Positions 12,558 through 25,647 are shown, numbered from the stretch's first letter. The stretch: 64,000 bases of DNA from Mobula hypostoma (GCF_963921235.1 NC_086109.1:11718001-11782000); one strand, 5' to 3'. The notes: generated by a model from the sequence alone, not told the origin. Program-made: numbers and translations.

Positions 12558-12724
12558 TATTTGCTTCTTATCTGGATATCACGAAATGACATGTTTGTTC
12601 TCAATTGCGCAAAGCCCCTGCAAGGTTATTTGATGGCAAAGATGATACTGTAAACATCACTGAACTTTTTCGCTGGAGCGAGATTGTACTCCATCAGGTG
12701 ATATTTCAGGGCTTGCTTATTTGC
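12558..12724 (-). promoter_or_regulatory. Putative gene C promoter with C/EBP, FOX, GATA and HNF4-like motifs
   Basis: TTGCGCAA 12605-12612; TGTTTGT 12592-12598; TATTTGC 12558-12564 and 12718-12724; GTAAACA 12650-12656; AGATAAG (minus) 12567-12573; AAAGTTCA (minus) 12661-12668. Confidence 0.45.
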
Positions 12725-12989
12725 TGTCCTTCCTGGAGTCTCAAAGGTCGATCACCACTACTAGAAGTCGGGAATCAGAGCCAATGAATGAGGGGGTTGT
12801 GCCTAGAAATTCACCTATATAATATCATACAAGAGAAAACCCGCAGATGTTGGAATTCAAAGTAATACACACAAAATGCTGGCGGAACTCAGCAGGCCAG
12901 GCAACATCTATGGAAAAGAATAAACAGTTGACGTTTTGGGCTGAGACCCTGATCTTGGCCTGAAGTATTGACTGCTTACTCTACAAAAA

Positions 12990-13700
12990 TGAAACGTTGG
13001 AAGATTTGCGAAATCCATAATGTGGATTGTTGGCCGCTGAGGAGTGCAATAGAACAAAGTGATAGGGGTAGACAGATGCATAATTCCTTGGAAATGACAT
13101 CACAGCTATATAGCATATTAAAGAAAGTTTTTGGCACATTAGCCTTCATAAATCAATGCATTGGGTAGAGGAGTTGGGATTGTATAAATTGTTGAGATTA
13201 TATAAACCATTGTTGAGGTTTAATTTGGAGTAATGTGCACAGTTTTGGTCACCTACTTCCAGGAAAGATGTAAATAAGACTGAAAGAGTGCAGAGAAAAC
13301 TTATGAAAATGCTGCTAGGACTTGAGGACCTGAGTTTCCATGCAAATTTGTAAAGGTTAGGACATTATTCCTTAGAGCTTAGAAAACTGAGGGGAAATTT
13401 GATAGAGCTATACAAAATTATGAGGGGTATAGAGAGGGTTAAGGTAAGCAGGCTTTTTCCACTGAGATTGGTTGAGACTCTATCTAGAGGTCATGTGTTA
13501 ACAGTGAAAGGTAAAATATTTAAGGGGAACATGAGGGGGAAATTCTTCACACAGAGGGTGGTGAGAGTGTGGTACGAGCTGCCAGTGGAAGTGGTTATGG
13601 ACTGGGTGCAGGCTAATAGGACCAGGCAGATTAATGGCTTGGCATGAACCAGATGGGCTGAAGGGCCTGTTCCTATGCTGTAGTGTCCTATGATTCTATG
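12990..13700 (+). mobile_element. CR1 LINE 3' fragment, degenerate
   Basis: ORF 13399-13647 LIELYKIMRGIERV..RGH..FFTQRVV is a CR1 ORF2 C-terminus. Confidence 0.8.
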
Positions 13701-16700
13701 ACTATGAACTGCTCCCACAAACTAAGGGCTCAATTTCGAGGACTCTTCAGCTCGTTGTCTTGATATTTATTGCTTATTTATTATACTTTCTTTTTCTTTA
13801 TATTTTTGTATTTGCATAGTTTGTTGTCTTTTGTACAGTGGTTGTTTGTCTGTCCTGTTGGATGCAGTCTTTCATTGATTCTATTGTGTATCTTGTATTT
13901 ACTGCAATTGCCTGCACAAAAAAGGGAATCTCAGGATTGTACATGGTGACACATACGTACGTTGATAATAAATTTACTTTGTTCTTTGGATGCAGGCTTC
14001 AATATCTGAGTGATGAAAGATGGAAAGGAAAGCCACATACAATAAACATGTGTTTGTAAAATTTTAATATCATCATGGAAGTAAAGAATAGCACAATCAT
14101 TTAAACATGAAAAGTGATCCCACAAATAATAAAAAAAACTGGAGACTAGTAAATCCTTTTTCAGCTGTGAAATTAGATTAAAAAATGTAAACTAGCCTGT
14201 CATTAGTACTATAGAAAATACATTAGGTAAATTATATTCTGATTTCTAAACAACTGAATGTAGATTTCATGTTTTAAATTCAGTAGCTATTACATTTGAC
14301 ATTTTAAAACATAATTCTATGGGTTATTGTCAAGTTCTAGATGAAAATGCACAAAAACAAATCGGATTTCAAAGTCTCATTTTGCAGAAATGCAGACTTC
14401 AGTGCTGCTTATGCATCAGGGAACACTTTTTGTTGCTCAAAAAGAGTTTAGAATACAATTTATTATTAACTTGGCATAAAATGCAATGCTGTCTTCTTCC
14501 CAGTTACCCATTCTAACACAGCTAATAGATTCAATGAAGCCTCAGATCCCCTACATGATAAATTATGAAGATTCAGTTCATTCCCTGCCTCTGATTGATT
14601 GTGTGTTTTACACTATACACTGTATGTTTCTTCTTTACACTCTTACACTGTAAGACACAATGTCATACAGATAAGCCATGCTGCTCAGCCAGGCAAAGGG
14701 TTTTGACTACATAGTCTAAGATTATAATACTTAAATTAAAAGAAAACTCATTCTACTTGATTTTTCGGTGATTAAAGTATCCTATTGTCTGGATGCCAAT
14801 TGGCTTTCCACTTGAAGGCATCTTGCAACGGTGCTAATTGGTGATCATTATGTCGTATTACACAGGCGTCCTCATCAATTCCAATCTGAGTTATACGTTA
14901 ACGGTTTATTAATGTTAATTCTTAAATAATCCATTTTACACATTGCAGATGTAAATCTCCACAGATGTGTGTGGGCAATGCATGATGTTGAACTGCGGAC
15001 AAATTAATACTTCAAGTTTGATTTTTGGTGAAATTAGTTGGAGTTTGTTCCTTGAGGATAATAATCAGACTGCGTTCAATATAAAGACCATGTGAAGATT
15101 CAATTTCTGACTATACCATTCAATATAGAAGTTATGAAAGAATAACTGGCCTTTCAAATGTTTATGTTTCATATGAGTCTCACCCCAGCCCAGGCACAGC
15201 TTTTCTTTATTACTACATATTTTGTCCCTTATCTCTTATATTCTTAAGGAAACTGGTTATCAACCTTAACCACACCATTTTGCGATGCATTCTTCATTCT
15301 GCCCCCTCATTGGCCTGCTTAATCTAAAATGATTGATGAAAAATATTCTTTCACAGATGTCTTCCCTGCTCAAAACTCCCATTTATCTGTCTTTTCTGCA
15401 AATGGAGCAGTACTGGAACAAAGCTGATCAAAGATTTACTGGGAAATAAATATTTAATTATTTGAATTCAAGATTTCCGGGATGGAACTCATCCTGGTGT
15501 GGGAGGGCCATTTATATCCGTTATTTTGAGAGTGTTGCTTTAATTTTAAATTAAGGAACATTATCTTTGCTAAGTCAACACTCCACATAAAGGAAGTGTC
15601 GGAAAAATGAGAAACACCAAGGAAATTGGTGACCTTCTGAGCTCCTCCAACATTTTTTCTGCGTTAATCTGGATTTCCAGCATCGGCAGAATCTGTGTTT
15701 GTGATGATCAGTTGAGCTACTGTGTAGTGTCACTGAGAATCATTTCAGGCTGCCACCACTCATCGTCAAATGCTGTGATAGAGTGGTGCTAACACAATAC
15801 ATTCCCAAGCACATTATCATTGCTGACTGTAGTACAAATGATCTTTAGCAATATTCAGCTGTAAATTCTTAACTCTTGGTTCCTGCAGTTGGCAATGTGT
15901 GTTAATTGCTGCTTAGTTATTGGTTACAGCAAGATGGGGATGGCATCCAGTTGTAGGAACCAAGAGTCTAATTTCTACTCCTCTCTAAATGTGCTAATGA
16001 AGAATATGAGCAGCACTCATTCAGGGCTGGAATAGCAAGTTGTGTCAATGCTGCATTAACATTTCTTAGGTTTCCAGCAGGGTCCAGGTGTCAATTTTAA
16101 CCGATATTTCGATGACAGACTCCCTGAGTTTGTCATTGAAGTGTCACTTAAAATCGACACCTGACCCAACTAGAAGCCCGAAAAGAGTTTGTGTGTAATA
16201 TACGCCATGAAATCACGAGATCATTGTGTTAATACCAGTTCTTTCCAATGTAGTAACAACTTGTGTTAACTCCACTGATTACCAAATTTAGTAATTAATG
16301 GTATATTACCTCCTACTACCAAACTCTGTAAACAATAGCTATAATACCATTTATACCCAGCTGCAATATTTACTGATGGTAACACAATTCATTCCCAACT
16401 ACAGTAAATAATAAACTTGAGAACGTCTGCAGGTGCTGGAAATCCAAATCAACACACACAAAATTCTGGAGGAACTCAGCAGGTCAAGCAGCATCTATGC
16501 AAATGAATGAACAGTTGACTTTTCAGGCCGAGACCCTTTTATCAACACTCATTCCCAGTTTTGAAAACCATTATTACTAACACCCCTTATACCTCACTAC
16601 AGTAACTAATGCTCCAAACATTTCCCATTAACAACTTGAAATAGGAAAACAATAGTGTAAATGGCAATTAATTGTCAACTGCAGTAACTGACAATAGCAT

Positions 16701-16711
16701 TATCTCTTACG

Positions 16712-16875
16712 AAATGCTGGAGGTCAGGCAGCATCTATGGAGAGGATGAAAGGTTTCAGACCAAAATGTCGGCTCTTCGTTCCTTTCCATAGATGCTGCC
16801 TGAGCTGTTGGATTCCTCCGGCATTTTGTGTCTGTTGCTCTGGATTTCCAGCATCTGCAGAATCGCTTGTGTTTA
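16712..16875. repeat. Fold-back element built from inverted Penelope terminal-repeat halves
   Basis: Left arm aaatgctggagg..tcaggcagcatctatgga pairs with right arm tccatagatgctgcctga..ttcctccggcattt. Confidence 0.75.
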
Positions 16876-17459
16876 TGGCATTATCAGTGCTGTACTTACT
16901 AATAGTGTTCACACCCCTGATTTCTAACATATTTTAACAACAATGTAACCACCAACCACAGTAACCAGCTGGTTTAACACCACTCAGCTCCAGTTGCTGC
17001 AACCACTACTAATTCCCAACTGAATGGTAACCAATGTTACTCTTCATCAACTATTGAAAACATTAATACTATCACGGACAATTACTCACTTCAGTCATAA
17101 TTAGTCTCGACACTTTGCATCCCCAATTGCAGGAAACAATTGTGTAAGCATCCCTTATTGCCAGCTGTGACAACCAATAGTGAGAATGCCATTCATTCCA
17201 ACTGCAGTAGCCAATGGTATCATCACCATTCTTTGACAACTCTATTTGCAAATTATGTTAATGCCTTTCAGTTGCATTGCCCAGTGCTAATAGCAACATG
17301 CCCTCGCATCTGCACCAAGAATTACGTGTCAATATCACCCATTTTGAACTGTGGTTACTAACTTGTCTCCAGTTACACTAGCCAATTTTTTTTATTGACT
17401 CATGGTAATTGCCGTGACCATTTGCGCTCATATCTCATTTCCAACTCAAAAGCAGAAGA

Positions 17460-17625
17460 GATTCTGCAGAGGCTGGAGATCCAGAACAACAGAGACACAC
17501 AAAATGCTGGAGGAACTCAGCTGGTCAGGCAGCATCTAAGGAGAGGAATAAAGAAAGAATGGCTGATCCCCCTCTCCATAGATGCTGCCTGATCTTCTGA
17601 GTTCCTCTGGCATTTTGTGTATGTG
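17460..17625. repeat. Fold-back element (inverted Penelope terminal-repeat halves)
   Basis: cacacaaaatgctggaggaactcag..ggcagcatcta pairs with tagatgctgcc..ctgagttcctctggcattttgtgt. Confidence 0.8.
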
Positions 17626-18879
17626 TGTCATTCACAATTGCAGTACTTAAGTGTAGTTTTGAAAGAGGCTTTTACCAAGAGGCAATATTGACAAGTCTCA
17701 TGGGACAGTTGTTCGGAACCCCTCTTGTTTATCAGCAGCTCAGCCTGGAGGCTGGCAGTGAAGCAAAAGGCTGGACAGTCCAGTTGGCTAACAGAGTGTG
17801 AGGAGGTGTTTCATGATGCTGCACCACAGTAAATCAAGTGTGACTACTGTATCTGAGCACTTTTAACACAGAACAAAACCTGAAGTGAAGAACGCCAGTC
17901 GTAGTATCTAACTCACATGAAGTGCAAGCATACGCACTACCTTCAGGCAATGAAGCACTGTTAGGTGTAAGATAAACTAAATCTTAAATAGTGAAGAATC
18001 AGGAAGAAATTATAGTTGTGCACCTTTTTGCATGCTATTCTGGGGTACTATGTATCAGAATGGCACAGCCATAGTACATGAGACACCAGAGAAAAACTTA
18101 GGGACTGACTGTTAGTTATTGTGTTTCATCCCTTCACTCCCCCACTTCTCATCTAATGGAGCTTTATCTTTCTGTCTGTCCCTGATTCAGAGAAAAGGCT
18201 TTGACTGTTTGTCTGAGACTAACTTTCTAGTTACTTAGGAAGTCAGTGTTGACTATTAGGTTATGTAGGTAGGTGAAAAAGTAGGTTATAGAGTCATAGA
18301 ACGCTACAGCACGGAAACGGCCTTTCGGCCCATCTGCTCATTCAGTTACGAAAGGTCATTCAGCCTTACAGCCCATTCCGTGATTCGTGATTCAGTTGGA
18401 TCATGGCTGATTTGTTTCTTGGATCCAGATCACCCAGCCTTATAAATAACTAACAATCTCTGTTCTGAGTTTTTCAATTGACATCCCCTCCCCCCCTCAC
18501 CCCATAAGCATGCATACCTCAGCAGATTTTTGGGAGAGAGAATTCCATATTTCCACTCCATGTTCGGTGAAGAAATGATGTCTAATATTTCCCCTGAAAA
18601 ACTGAGTTCTGACTTACTTCCCCTTAATCCTGAGCCCTTCATGAAATGAAGTAGATTCTCTCTGTCCACCCAACGTAAGTTCAAAGGGCAAATGCGTGCC
18701 TAGGATTCGTGGCATGGGTACACATTGGGAAAATCTGGCATTATGTTCTGTGACTTATCTGATATGCAGTGGCTGGATAGAACGCACAAAGTGATAAACG
18801 TATCCAAATGGAGCAAGTTATGATTTACAGGGACGCTGTTCTGCAGAAAACGGGTCAAACGTTAGGTGGAGAAGAATTT

Positions 18880-19071
18880 TTACTTTTTGAATGCAATTGT
18901 AGAATACTCTATCGGCTCTGAAGCTGGAGGCTCGATAACTGATGGCTTGTTCTCCTCCGGGCTGCTGGAAGGGTTCACATTATCGTATGTGGCGGAGTCT
19001 TCCTGAGGGTGGCCAGTAGGCTGAATTGCCACAGTGGCGTAGGTAACTCCTGCTTCCTTCTCTTTGGAGAG
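18880..19071 (-). CDS. Gene A terminal exon 7, ITIM-bearing cytoplasmic tail
   Basis: Acceptor tctcattctctgtctgcag|, phase 0; LSKEKEAGVTYATVAIQPTGHPQEDSATYDNVNPSSSPEENKPSVIEPPASEPIEYSTIAFKK then TAA. Confidence 0.92.
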   Translation of the reverse strand, partial: LSKEKEAGVTYATVAIQPTGHPQEDSATYDNVNPSSSPEENKPSVIEPPASEPIEYSTIAFKK

Positions 19072-19159
19072 CTGCAGACAGAGAATGAGACAAAGTGTTA
19101 ACTCTTCAGTGAAATTATATTGGCTTTAATTGCTCCCATAGTAAAAAAAAAAGGGGCTA

Positions 19160-19810
19160 TGGTATAAAACTATGTAATTGCTATTTATACAGTCTGGTAC
19201 TGTGGTGTAGCAGGTACTGCTGTGGTCTCCATATCAAGAGGGCAGATATATAACCTGGAGTATTGTATACAGTTCTGGTCGCCCATTATAGGAAGGATGT
19301 TGAGGCTGTGGGGAGGGTGCAGAAGAGATTCACCAGGATGCTACCTGGATTAAAAGGAATGTGCTACACCGAGAGGGTGGACAAACTTGGGTTGCCTTCT
19401 CTGGAGCGGCAAAGGCTGAGGCGTGATCTGATCGAGGTTTATAAGTTTATGAGAGGCAAAGGCAGAGTAGACAGTATCTTTTTCCCAGGGTTGAAATGCC
19501 TAATATCGGAGTGCATGCATTTCAGGTGAGAGCGGGTAAGTTTGAAGGATATGCGAGGGGCAAGTTCTTTTTTTTGCGAAGAGTGGTGGGTGTCTGAAAT
19601 ACGGTGCCTAGGGTGGTGGTAGAGGCAGATACATCAGGGAATTTAAAGAGACATTTAGAGAGGCACTTGAGTGTGAGGGACATGGATGGATATGGACATT
19701 GTGTAGGCAGAAGGGATTAATTTAGTTAGACATTTCATCACTAATTTAATTGGTTCAGCACAACACTGTGGGCCGAAGGGCCTGTTCCTGTGCTGTACTG
19801 TTCTATGTTC
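19160..19810 (+). mobile_element. CR1 LINE 3' fragment
   Basis: ORF 19263-19529 YRKDVEAVGRVQKRFTRMLPGL..RRDLIEVYK; tail ttctatgttc. Confidence 0.85.
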
Positions 19811-20079
19811 AATTAGCCGGGGAACAAAATGTTAAGGATATTCATATCTGGGATAAGTTCCTTGGAGAGGGTTAACCAATACACGGGAGTTTTAGAAGAC
19901 CAAGAAAGAATCCTGTAGAATCATAGAAACAGCACAAAAACATTCCTTCACACCACTGAGTGTATGCAACCATTAAGCAGCCATCTTTACATTAATCCAG
20001 CCTAATTCATTTCATCTTCAACTTACTGAAGGTTCTGTCCACTCCTGTCAACTCACTGAAGATTCTGTCCACTCCACTC

Positions 20080-21460
20080 CACTCTTCAAGAAGGGAGAAA
20101 GACAGAAGAAAGGAAACTATAGGCCAGTTAGTTTGATCTCGGTGACTGGGAAGAAGTTGGAGTCAATTATTAAAGATGAGATTTTGGGTACTTGGAGGTA
20201 CCTGATAAGATGGGCCATAGTCATTATGGTTTCCTTAAGGGGAAACTCTTGCCTGACAAATCTGTTGGAATTCTAAGAAGAAATAACAAGCAGGATAGAC
20301 AAATGGAAATCTCTGGATGTTCTGTAGTTTGGATTTTCAGAAGGCCTTTGATAAGGTGCCACGTGTAAGGCTGCTTAACATGTTATGAGCCCATGGTATT
20401 ACTGGAAAGATTCTAGCATGGATAAAACTGTGGCTGATTGGCAGGAGGCAAAGAGTGGAAATAAAGAGAGCCTTTTCTGGCTGGCTGCTGGTGACTATTG
20501 GTGTTCCACAGGGGTCTGTATTGGGACCGATTCCTCTTACGTGACATGTCAATGATTTGGATGATGGAATTGATGGCTTTGTTGCAGTTTGATGATGATA
20601 TAAAGACAGGTGGAGGGACAGGTAGTTTTGAGGAAGTAGAGATGCTACAGAAGGACTTAGACAGATTAGGAGCATGGGCAAAGAAATAGCAGATGGTATA
20701 CAGTGTCCGGAAGTGTATGGTCATGCACTTTGGTAGAAAAATTGAAAGGCTTGACTATTTTCTAAATGGGGAGAAAATACAAAAAACTAAGGTGCAAAGG
20801 GACTTGGTAGACCTTGTGCAGGATTCCCTAAAGATTAATTTGCAGGTTGAGTCTGTGGTGAAGAAGGCAAATGTAATGTTAGCATTCATTTCAAGAGGAC
20901 TAGAATATAAAAGTAAGGATGTAATGTTGAGACTTTATAAAGCACTGGCGTGGTTTCACTTGGAGTATTATGAGCAGCTTTCTGCCTCTTATTTTAGAAA
21001 CATGTGGTGAAACTAGACAGGGTTCAAAGGAGGTTCACGAAAATGACTCCAGGACTGAATAGCTTGACCTATGAAGAGTGTTTAATGGCTCTGGGCCTGT
21101 ATTTGCTGGAATTCAGAAGAATGAGGGGTGACCTCATCGAAACCTATTGAATATTTCCTATGGGGGGAGAGTCTAAGAGCAGAGGACAGCCTCAGAATGG
21201 AGGTGTGTCCTTTTAGAACAGAGATGAGACATTTATTTAGCCAGGGAGTGGTGAATCCATGGAATTCTTTGCCACAGGTAACTGTGGAGGTCAAACCTAT
21301 GTACACTTAGTGCAGATTCTTGATTCGTCACAGCATGAAGAGATATGGGGGAAGACAGGAGATTAGGGCTCAGAGGAAAGTTGGATCAGCCATGATGAAA
21401 TGACAGGGCAGACTCAATGGGCCAAATGGCCTAATTCTGATCCTATATCTTAGGGTCTTA
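20080..21460 (+). mobile_element. CR1 LINE RT to 3' end, degenerate
   Basis: DFQKAFDKVP, GVPQGSVLGP and FDDD remnants; ORF 20693-21010. Confidence 0.88.
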
Positions 21461-21799
21461 TTGTCATATTATTTGACTCTACTAACATGTCCTGTACGTC
21501 TTTTGGATTTGGGGGAAGCTGAAGCACTTGAAGAAACTAGTTTCGTAAACGGAAGAACATGTAAACTCAACACAGATACTGTTTGAACCCGGTAGCTGAA
21601 TGTGTGAGTTAGAGGCTCTATGATGTCTCGCATCGGCACAAATTGGTAATTGGTTTATCAGTGTCACATGTACTGAAGTACAGTGAAAATCTTGCTTTAC
21701 CTATTGCCCATACAGATCAATTTATTTTGACTGTGCATTGATGTACTACAAGGTTAAAACATTATGACAATAAATTGCTACAGGAGAGTGGGTTTGAGA

Positions 21800-22085
21800 G
21801 GCATAAGTAGCGTCTGGGTAGCGTGACACTATTAGAGCTCAAGGTATCAGAGTGCAGAGTTCAAATTCATCACTATCTGTATGGAGTCTGTACATTCTCC
21901 TCGTGACTGTGTGGGTTTCCTCCAGGTGCTCCAGTTTCCTCCCACCTTCCAAAGATGTACCGGTTAGTAGGTCAATTGGTTATTGTAAATTGTCCAGTGA
22001 TTAGACTAAGTTAAGTCGGTGGGTTTCTGGGTGGTGCGGCTCATTGGGCAAGAAGGGCCTGTTTTGTGCTGTATCTCTTAATAAA
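21800..22085 (+). mobile_element. tRNA-derived V-SINE (HE1-like)
   Basis: Central gggtttcctccaggtgctccagtttcctccca V-domain; CR1-like tail gggcctgttttgtgctgtatctc. Confidence 0.75.
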
Positions 22086-22388
22086 ACAAATCCATCATGG
22101 AATGGTGGATCACACTCGATGGGCCAAATGGCTTCATTCTCTTCCTATATCTTATGGTGCTATGATCTTAAGTTTATGGAGTACACGGTTCAGGAGAAGG
22201 AGATGGGAAGCTGTTCTCTTGAGCTGAAGGGTACGGAACAATGGGGCACACTCTCAGAACAAGAAGCCAGGCACACAAATGTATCAAAATCTCCTGCAGT
22301 TTAGTGTAAACATTTCATTACACTCGTGAAGTGATGTGAGATGCTTTACTACTTTGACGGCAGTAATTGCAAAGCAATTGTTGGTTTG

Positions 22389-22634
22389 GGGCAGCACAGT
22401 AGCATGGAGGCTAGCGTAATGTTATCACAGTGCCAGCAAACTGGATTCATTCTCTGCCTGTAAGGAGTTTGTACATTCTCCAGTGACTGTGTGCGTTTCC
22501 TCTGGGTGCTCCAGTTTCCTCCCACATTCCAAAGACCTACAGGTTAGTAGGTTACTTGGTCACGTGGGTGTAATTGGGCATTGTGGGCTCGTCGGGCTAG
22601 AAGAGCCTGTTACTGTGCAGTATCTCCAGATAAA
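22389..22634 (+). mobile_element. tRNA-derived V-SINE (HE1-like)
   Basis: ggggcagcacagtagc head, V-domain gtttcctctgggtgctccagtttcctcccacattccaaagac, tail gagcctgttactgtgcagtatctc. Confidence 0.78.
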
Positions 22635-23214
22635 ACATAGAATAGATAGGTCTGATGCGTACTGTATATATAAAACCTACATATCCACAGTAGCAATGTA
22701 TTCTTTAAATGGGATATGTAATCTCTTTAATGTAACGTAATCCAATGTAATTGGATTTCTGAGCTTGGGCAAGGTTTAATTGATGTGGTTTATGGATTGG
22801 ACTCTGTAGTTCATGTTATGATGTGTTTCTAGTTTCTGATCACTCTTTCTTTTGCTGCTACTTTGGGCAATTTTGATCAGGGCAGCCTGCAGATAACGAA
22901 CTGAGCAGAACTGAATATGCCAGGACTCTTTCGATTTTGCGTTTTATATTCTGTTTCTCGCTCACTTTTTTTGCTGCCGTTTGCGCGATTGGATTTTATT
23001 TGCATATGTGGGAAGGAATTTAATGTTTTTCTTTGAACGGGTTCCATTATTTTCTTAGTTTCATAATTGCCTGTGGGGAAGATGAATTTTGGTGTTGTAT
23101 ACTGCGTATGTATTTTGATAATAAGTGTACTTTGAATCGTGAAATGGGTAACATACTCTTCAAATGATATGGCCGACTCCAAAACATCCTATTGTCAAGA
23201 GTGTGCAGCCTTAC

Positions 23215-23267
23215 CGCAGAGTTTGACTTCGGAATAGAATTCTCGGCAGTTGACTCCTTCTCCTTAT
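23215..23267 (-). CDS. Gene A exon 6 (cytoplasmic, 53 nt, phase 1 to 0)
   Basis: tatgtttgtatttttag|AT AAG..GCG|GTAAGG; (D)KEKESTAENSIPKSNSA; supplies exactly the phase change needed before exon 7. Confidence 0.8.
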
Positions 23268-25575
23268 CTAAAAATACAAACATAGCCAGAATAAATAAGA
23301 CTATCTGGAAACATGCTCAGTCAAATGCAAATTTTAACATTCACTGGACCTTCAGATGGGAAAAGGAGAACTGAGATACATGGTGCGTCAATTTTCAGGA
23401 AGAATCTGATCTATTCTTCCTCAGTTGACAACACTTCAGCCTTTGTGTAATGGTTTAAACCACTACTCACAATAAATCTTTACAGGGATGTCATGAGTGT
23501 TAAACAGGGACTTTGTTTTGGCTATTGTTAAGCAAGCTACGTCAGTCATGTGTGTGAACTTAAATCTCTTTATATATTCTGAAACGGTTGCACTGTTTAA
23601 TTTCCATTCATTCACTGTGAACTAGATTGTATAATAATTTTCACATTTGAGTATTGTTGGTGATTGCCTTTTTCTATGCATATTGTCTTAGGTGTCTATT
23701 CATATTTCTTTTGGGTATATAAAAGGCAATTGTATCATTCCTTGTTGTTCCAAGGAAGGTCCATATGAGAATGGTTACTGGGTTGAAGGACTTTGGTTGC
23801 AAACAAAGGCTGAGGAAAGTGGGAATGTTTCTTTTTGGGGAAGGCTGAGAGGATAATTTGATAGAAGCATATAAAGTGCTGAGTTGGTGAACAAAGTGGA
23901 TAATGGGAGACACAGGAGATTTGCAGATGCTGGCTTTCTTGAGTAATGCCCACAAAATATTGGGGGAACTTAGCAGGTCAGACAGTGTCTATGGAGGGGA
24001 ATAAACAGTTGTCATTTTGGTCTGAGACATTTCATTGGGATTGGAAAGGAAGGGCAGAAAGCCAGAATGGCTTCTTCCTTTTCAGTCTCAATGAAGGTTC
24101 TCGACCTGAAATGTCAACTGTTTATTTCTTTCCATGAATGTTGCCCGGCCTGCTGAGTTCCTCAGGCATTTTGTGTGTTTGGATGGTGGGAGGCTGTTCC
24201 GGCTGGCAGAATAGTCAGGGACTAAAGGTATCAATATAAAATAAAGGAGAAGAAAAGTAAAACTCATGTTAGGAATTGCTTTTTTATGCAACATGTGGTT
24301 AGAATCTGGACTACACTGCCTGCGGATGTGGAGAAGGTAGGCTTCCTTGTGGCCTTCAAAACAGAATTGGATAAATGTGTGGTGAAGAAAGGTTTGGAGA
24401 GTGGGCTGGTATGGAACTAGTGAGTTACATTGGTTGAAAGCTGGCAAAGACATGATGGGCCAAATTGCTTCCTCCTGTATTGTAAACATTCTCTGATTCC
24501 ATGATCTGGGCTGATGCTGCATGGTTAACCAGAGGAAATGTTTCAATATGGATGTATATTTAAGGCAGAGATTGATAGATTCTTGATTAGTCAGGGCATG
24601 AAGGGATGTGGGAAGAAGGCAGGAGATTTGGTCTGAGAAGGAAAATAATCAGCCATGATGAAATTGCTGAGCCGACTTGATAGGCCAGATGGTCTAATTC
24701 TCCTCTTATATCTTATGGTCTTATGATATCAAGGGAATGCCCTTCAGCTGGACGAAAATGATTACCAAGGCACCATTTAGAAGAGCAGAAGCTAATCCTG
24801 ATGTCCCTTAACCAACATCACCAAACTGATGATCTAATCGTTATCTTTTTGCTATTTGCTGTACTTTTGCCTTGACTGCCATATTTTCTTTCAATATCAT
24901 TGTGTCAGTATTTCAACCATTATTCATTCTTTATAAAGTAGTCAGGACAATTTGTGGTTGAAAATTGTGCAATATATGTATAAGTCTGACTGGTTGAGTT
25001 GTTCTCTGATCTTGGCAATTTATTTGCAAGCGTTCCATCACCATACACGGAGACATCATCCTCGTATGGTGACGAAACGTTTGAAAATGGATGCCAAGAC
25101 CAGACCCAACCATCAACCACCTGAGCTACACATTTTTCGAGTTATTTCCAAGTATAAATATATTTCTCCATGGAAAAATTCCTTTCAAGGGCATCTGAAC
25201 TGCAATACTGGTCTTATTTTGATGTTGCAGGCTGCTCATTTATTCTCTAATCTTGTAATTCTGCTTACATGTCTGCCTTCCTTTCTGAGATTCCATCATG
25301 ATTTGTAAGTATCCACTGGATTTTTTAGTATTGGCTTGCAGTCTCTCTGGTTGGCTCCACTTAAACCCAACTCACGCAAGAACATTTTCATAAAGCAGGG
25401 AGGCAAACGCGAGGCAAAACTTTTATGAACTGTTACACTGCAGATTTACCATTTCCTGTCTGATGGTTATACCAGCTTTCTATTTCCCTACCATGCTGGA
25501 AAATGCTACTGATACATATGTTAAAAAGCCCTTTCCTGAGACTTTCGAATTCTTGTTAGAATTGATCCCACTCAC

Positions 25576-25647
25576 CTGTCTCTTGCCCTTCAATTGCCTG
25601 CTTCCCTTTAAATTCCACTTTGCAGCCATCCATATGTTCATTCAGAG
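25576..25647 (-). CDS. Gene A exon 5 (cytoplasmic, 72 nt, phase 1 to 1)
   Basis: ttattcacag|CT CTG..ACA G|GTGAGT; (A)LNEHMDGCKVEFKGKQAIEGQET; symmetric, so it could be skipped. Confidence 0.68.

Noticed and set aside
23471-23579. Open phase 1-1 segment between gene A exons 5 and 6
   Set aside because: Weak splice context, composition unlike a receptor tail, and not needed for frame.
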